DNA of 64,000 nucleotides. Source: Podarcis tiliguerta (taxonomy: Eukaryota). Both the position numbers and the translations under genes were made by a program. Positions within the stretch are counted from its first letter, which is position 1. Each line of letters opens with the position of its first letter. The notes under the pieces are model-generated. The model was not told the origin of the DNA and did not search any database. It saw only the letters and a list, made by a program, of their open reading frames with translations. Below are positions 63,001 to 64,000 of this stretch, piece after piece. Location of the stretch: the NCBI GenBank assembly GCA_965153285.1, contig OZ229117.1, one strand, 5' to 3'.

Positions 63001-63675
63001 CAGAGCTGATTGCCACTGGCAAAAGCTGTTTAATGACTGGTCTGCATGGTGGTTGATCATCAGTCCACCCTACAGACAAGAAAAAGAAATCTACTACCAG
63101 CAACTGAAAAAGGAAGAATGCTTCAAAGGCAATGAAAGTCTTATGAGGAAAGATCTACAGGGCCAGATCAAGGGAGCAAGGACGTGTATGACCTGGGTGG
63201 CAGGCTAGGTGGGCAGCAAAATTCCCAGTTGGCCAGGAATGGGGGAAGAGACTTTTCCAAAGGGATTGGCTCCAAGGCCATTGAGCTGCATCTCCTTCTC
63301 CTCTAAACCTGGAAACAGGGTGGGTGATTGCTGTTGTCACTCAGCAAATGTGAGGCAGGAGTGGTGGGGCTGAGCTGAGGGTGCATGCCAGAGAGAGATG
63401 CAATGAGATGGCAACAAGCCTGCCTTGTCACTGTGCCTGCTTTCCGGGCACACTGTAGCCTCAATCATTGATAGTACAAAAATGACACGTGTTCATATGT
63501 ATGATTTACAACATCATGAGAATTCCCCTATGGAATCCCGTCTGCGGAACTGAGCTTGTATGCAACCTGAGTCGGATGAAACATCACTTACGGGTTCCTG
63601 TTCCAGAAGAAGAAGGCTCACAACTACAATATTGATGTCACTTCCAATTGTGCCATCCTTAAAAAGACTTGATAC
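16601..63675 (-). CDS. ADAMTS18: ADAMTS18, partial gene model: 18 coding exons (human-equivalent 6-23); 5' exons lie beyond the window end
   Basis: Exons read manually; all introns GT-AG; phases concatenate to one ORF of 2703 nt. Peptides ([86 protein letters not shown]) match my recollection of vertebrate ADAMTS18 better than the paralog ADAMTS16. Confidence 0.96.
20064..20211 (-). CDS. ADAMTS18: ADAMTS18 exon 22-equivalent (148 nt), [16 protein letters not shown]...[12 protein letters not shown]
   Basis: ttacag|TGCACG ... AAAG|gtaaag. Confidence 0.94.
21156..21413. mobile_element. hAT (Charlie-like) MITE
   Basis: CAGGGGTCAGCAACCT...AGGTTGCCTACCCCTG; 8 bp TSD ctctagac/ctccagac. Confidence 0.88.
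21815..22027 (-). CDS. ADAMTS18: ADAMTS18 exon 21-equivalent (213 nt), [16 protein letters not shown]...GWYSSPWQQ
   Basis: ccatag|TGCTCT ... CAACAG|gtgaga; phase 0-0. Confidence 0.94.
22235..22771. mobile_element. Tc1/mariner-pogo-type MITE with GC/CpG-rich cargo
   Basis: TA|CAGTGGTGCCTCGCAAGACGAA left TIR; inner TIR copy 22295-22317; TTCGTCTTGCGGGGTACCA right end damaged, with gcggggtaccaaa duplicated. Confidence 0.8.
22808..23490 (+). mobile_element. Tigger1-like (pogo) non-autonomous deletion derivative
   Basis: TA|CAGGTATGCCTCACTTTATTGCACTTTGCAGATAATTGCATTTTTTACAAAT 5' end; 3' ~350 bp (cagccaccccaacctccagcaaccaccaccctgatc...gcaaaaagattac...ctttattg...aatatctctgaggta) follows the Tigger1 consensus as I recall it. 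Confidence 0.8.
24240..24431 (-). CDS. ADAMTS18: ADAMTS18 exon 20-equivalent (192 nt), [17 protein letters not shown]...[10 protein letters not shown]
   Basis: ataaag|TGTTCC ... AGTGAG|gtacaa; phase 0-0. Confidence 0.93.
24489..24540 (+). mobile_element. BovB LINE extreme 3' tail
   Basis: ccatggggtcacgaagagtcggacacgactaaacaactaaac(aac)n. Confidence 0.75.
26992..27196 (-). CDS. ADAMTS18: ADAMTS18 exon 19-equivalent (205 nt), [28 protein letters not shown]...[12 protein letters not shown]
   Basis: ttgaag|TTGGTCA ... TCTCAG|gtaatg. Confidence 0.93.
30107..30237. mobile_element. Palindromic hAT-type MITE
   Basis: ttggactacaactcccatcatcc ... ggataatgggagttgtagtccaa inverted core. Confidence 0.7.
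30919..31045 (-). CDS. ADAMTS18: ADAMTS18 exon 18-equivalent (127 nt), [41 protein letters not shown]
   Basis: ccatag|GGCAC ... GCCTA|gtatgt. Confidence 0.92.
32649..32790 (-). CDS. ADAMTS18: ADAMTS18 exon 17-equivalent (142 nt), [18 protein letters not shown]...[14 protein letters not shown]
   Basis: gtctag|ATCCTT ... GGGG|gtgagt. Confidence 0.93.
33361..33394. repeat. (GT)n microsatellite
   Basis: Direct reading. Confidence 0.95.
33677..33800 (+). mobile_element. tRNA-derived MIR-like squamate SINE, 5' part (related copies ~44470, ~44640 on minus, ~48233)
   Basis: A box taatggttagagtg, B box gggttcaaatccc, gggtgaccttgggccagtcac core. Confidence 0.65.
34098..34300 (-). mobile_element. tRNA-Ala-derived SINE, near full length
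   Basis: Minus strand gggctgtagctcagtggtggagcatgtgttttgcatgcagaaggcctcaggttcaatccccagcatctcca followed by CR1-like tail. Confidence 0.75.
37139..37512 (-). mobile_element. Sauria SINE, older subfamily
   Basis: Reverse-complement homolog of the 556-945 copy. Confidence 0.85.
39340..40390. mobile_element. Two opposed copies (39340-39790 minus; 39970-40390 plus) of an unclassified AT-rich dispersed repeat, also at ~7085, ~22055, ~61085
   Basis: Shared acatttaaaggtgaacc..cctaatttgcactttctgaaacaat and aaaatgcat motifs. Confidence 0.55.
41209..41569 (+). mobile_element. Sauria SINE, young subfamily, 13 bp TSD
   Basis: taatctttcaaac at 41196-41208 and 41570-41582. Confidence 0.92.
41944..42188 (-). 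CDS. ADAMTS18: ADAMTS18 exon 16-equivalent (245 nt), spacer: [19 protein letters not shown]...[10 protein letters not shown]
   Basis: ttttag|ATTATTAC ... TTTGAG|gtaagc. Confidence 0.95.
43133..43256 (-). CDS. ADAMTS18: ADAMTS18 exon 15-equivalent (124 nt), [41 protein letters not shown]
   Basis: ttgcag|CAAGTT ... AATG|gtaaga. Confidence 0.94.
44040..44170 (-). CDS. ADAMTS18: ADAMTS18 exon 14-equivalent (131 nt), [43 protein letters not shown]
   Basis: tttcag|AGGAAG ... TGTGAA|gtaagg. Confidence 0.94.
44985..45019. repeat. (TTG)n microsatellite
   Basis: Direct reading. Confidence 0.9.
45537..45709 (-). CDS. ADAMTS18: ADAMTS18 exon 13-equivalent (173 nt), [19 protein letters not shown]...KWKPYMKVE
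   Basis: ccatag|GCCTCAG ... GAAG|gtaagc. Confidence 0.95.
45783..46015. mobile_element. Tc1/mariner-pogo-type MITE
   Basis: TA|CAGTGGTACTTGGTTT ... AAACCAAGGTACCACTG|TA; related right end at ~56160-56250. Confidence 0.88.
46250..46570 (-). mobile_element. CR1 LINE 3' end
   Basis: taagaacataagag..gaccaatggcccatctagtccagcatc..ttttaaagccatc. Confidence 0.75.
47003..47171. other. Assembly gap (169 N) in intron 12
   Basis: N run; flanking exons 12 and 13 join in frame, so no constitutive coding exon is missing. Confidence 0.99.
48711..49071 (+). mobile_element. Sauria SINE, young subfamily, 13 bp TSD
   Basis: ctaaattctgtgt at 48698-48710 and 49072-49084. Confidence 0.92.
49108..49169. repeat. 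Perfect 29 bp inverted repeat with a 4 nt spacer
   Basis: ttgttaaagtcccatttgaagccatccta-tact-taggatggcttcaaatgggactttaacaa. Confidence 0.95.
50607..50969 (+). mobile_element. Sauria SINE, young subfamily, 16 bp TSD
   Basis: cctaccaaatatatgg at 50591-50606 and 50970-50985. Confidence 0.92.
51303..51436. mobile_element. Palindromic hAT MITE
   Basis: CAGGCTTCCTCAA...TTGAGGAAGCCTG; 8 bp TSD tgttaacg/tgctaacg. Confidence 0.88.
52681..52829 (-). CDS. ADAMTS18: ADAMTS18 exon 12-equivalent (149 nt), [49 protein letters not shown] (central TSR)
   Basis: ctacag|TGGTGT ... CCAAA|gtaaga; [17 protein letters not shown] motif. Confidence 0.95.
53110..53477. mobile_element. hAT MITE with CpG-rich internal repeats
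   Basis: CAGGGGTTGGCAA...TTGCCAACCCCTG; perfect 8 bp TSD ctttggga (53102-53109, 53478-53485). Confidence 0.9.
53965..54142 (-). mobile_element. tRNA-Ala-derived SINE, starting ~27 nt downstream of the exon 11 donor
   Basis: Plus strand gaacataggaagctgcc...tgcatgcaaagcaggttctctaccactgagct. Confidence 0.7.
54169..54264 (-). CDS. ADAMTS18: ADAMTS18 exon 11-equivalent (96 nt), [32 protein letters not shown]
   Basis: tttcag|GATATA ... GGCATG|gtaagt; absent from the ORF track. Confidence 0.94.
56985..57138 (-). CDS. ADAMTS18: ADAMTS18 exon 10-equivalent (154 nt), [13 protein letters not shown]...LCNLSFVK
   Basis: ttcag|TACTGCT ... GTAAAG|gtacga. Confidence 0.95.
58229..58366 (-). CDS. ADAMTS18: ADAMTS18 exon 9-equivalent (138 nt), [13 protein letters not shown]...RQYLNKFL (third Zn His, Met-turn)
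   Basis: ttctag|TTTTGGC ... CTCAG|gtaggc. Confidence 0.95.
58527..58566. repeat. (GTTT)n(GGTT)n microsatellite
   Basis: Direct reading. Confidence 0.9.
59408..59473. repeat. (GAA)22 microsatellite
   Basis: 66 nt pure run. Confidence 0.97.
61814..61919 (-). CDS. ADAMTS18: ADAMTS18 exon 8-equivalent (106 nt), [35 protein letters not shown] (HExxH)
   Basis: ggcag|GTTTTG ... CACAA|gtaagc. Confidence 0.95.
62910..63069 (-). CDS. ADAMTS18: ADAMTS18 exon 7-equivalent (160 nt), [11 protein letters not shown]...WKNEPCDTL
   Basis: ctgtag|GGTGGA ... TTAG|gtatgg; overlaps ORF 62803..63060. Confidence 0.95.
63592..63675 (-). CDS. ADAMTS18: ADAMTS18 exon 6-equivalent (84 nt), [28 protein letters not shown]
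   Basis: catag|GTATCA ... GAACCC|gtaagt; phase 0-0. Confidence 0.93.
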
Positions 63676-64000
63676 CTATGTGAAGGTTAGCACAAACAAA
63701 AGAGAAAGGAAAATAACAAGCAGTAAGCAAAAGGAAAATAAGTTTTTAATCCATCCCTTCACAAGTACTATATTAAATGCAGACAGCACCAAGATGTGCT
63801 GGGTGACATATTAATTTACAAAGACATGATCCTTCAGGAAATATTTCTATGCAATTCACAACATGAAATTAATTGGATCATCAGTCTTAAACATTTTTGC
63901 AGACAAACATTAATGGCAGTGACAGCCCAATGTCTTCAATACAATAGCCTGATGATTCAGTGCCAGAATTTGAACTTGGGTCCTTCCAGGTTCACAGCCC

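Noticed and set aside
16601-63675. ADAMTS16 or a pseudogene
   Set aside because: Peptides fit ADAMTS18 better; frame, splice sites and catalytic motif are intact.

Overview
Vertebrate genomic DNA, most likely a squamate (Sauria SINEs, BovB tail and CR1/L2/RTE LINEs point to a lizard, probably a lacertid; this is inference). The window holds the 3' part of ADAMTS18 on the minus strand: 18 GT-AG coding exons (human-equivalent exons 6-23, 63675 down to the stop at 16601; 2703 nt, 900 aa plus stop) that join in one frame. They encode the metalloprotease core with an intact HESGHNFGMIHD zinc motif, disintegrin-like, TSR, Cys-rich, spacer, C-terminal TSRs and PLAC. A ~2.2 kb 3'UTR ends near an AATAAA at 14438-14433. 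The rest is intron and intergenic DNA dense in mobile elements; no second gene, true tRNA/rRNA gene or CRISPR array is supported. Best lead: in intron 20 a Tc1/mariner-pogo-type MITE carries a ~320 bp CpG-island-like cargo with a strong-Kozak ATG, a CAG acceptor and a CGG|GTGAGT donor, all in phase 0 with ADAMTS18 exon 21 365 nt downstream, so it could act as a mobile exon or alternative first exon. Next to it lies a deletion derivative closely resembling mammalian Tigger1 (horizontal-transfer candidate). Other leads: an RT-deleted RTE LINE with a perfect 12 bp TSD nested in an L2, an LTR plus tRNA-Leu-like PBS remnant, perfect 25-29 bp hairpins, and young Sauria SINEs with intact TSDs. Family names come from memory of consensus sequences, not database searches; repeat boundaries without TSDs are approximate.
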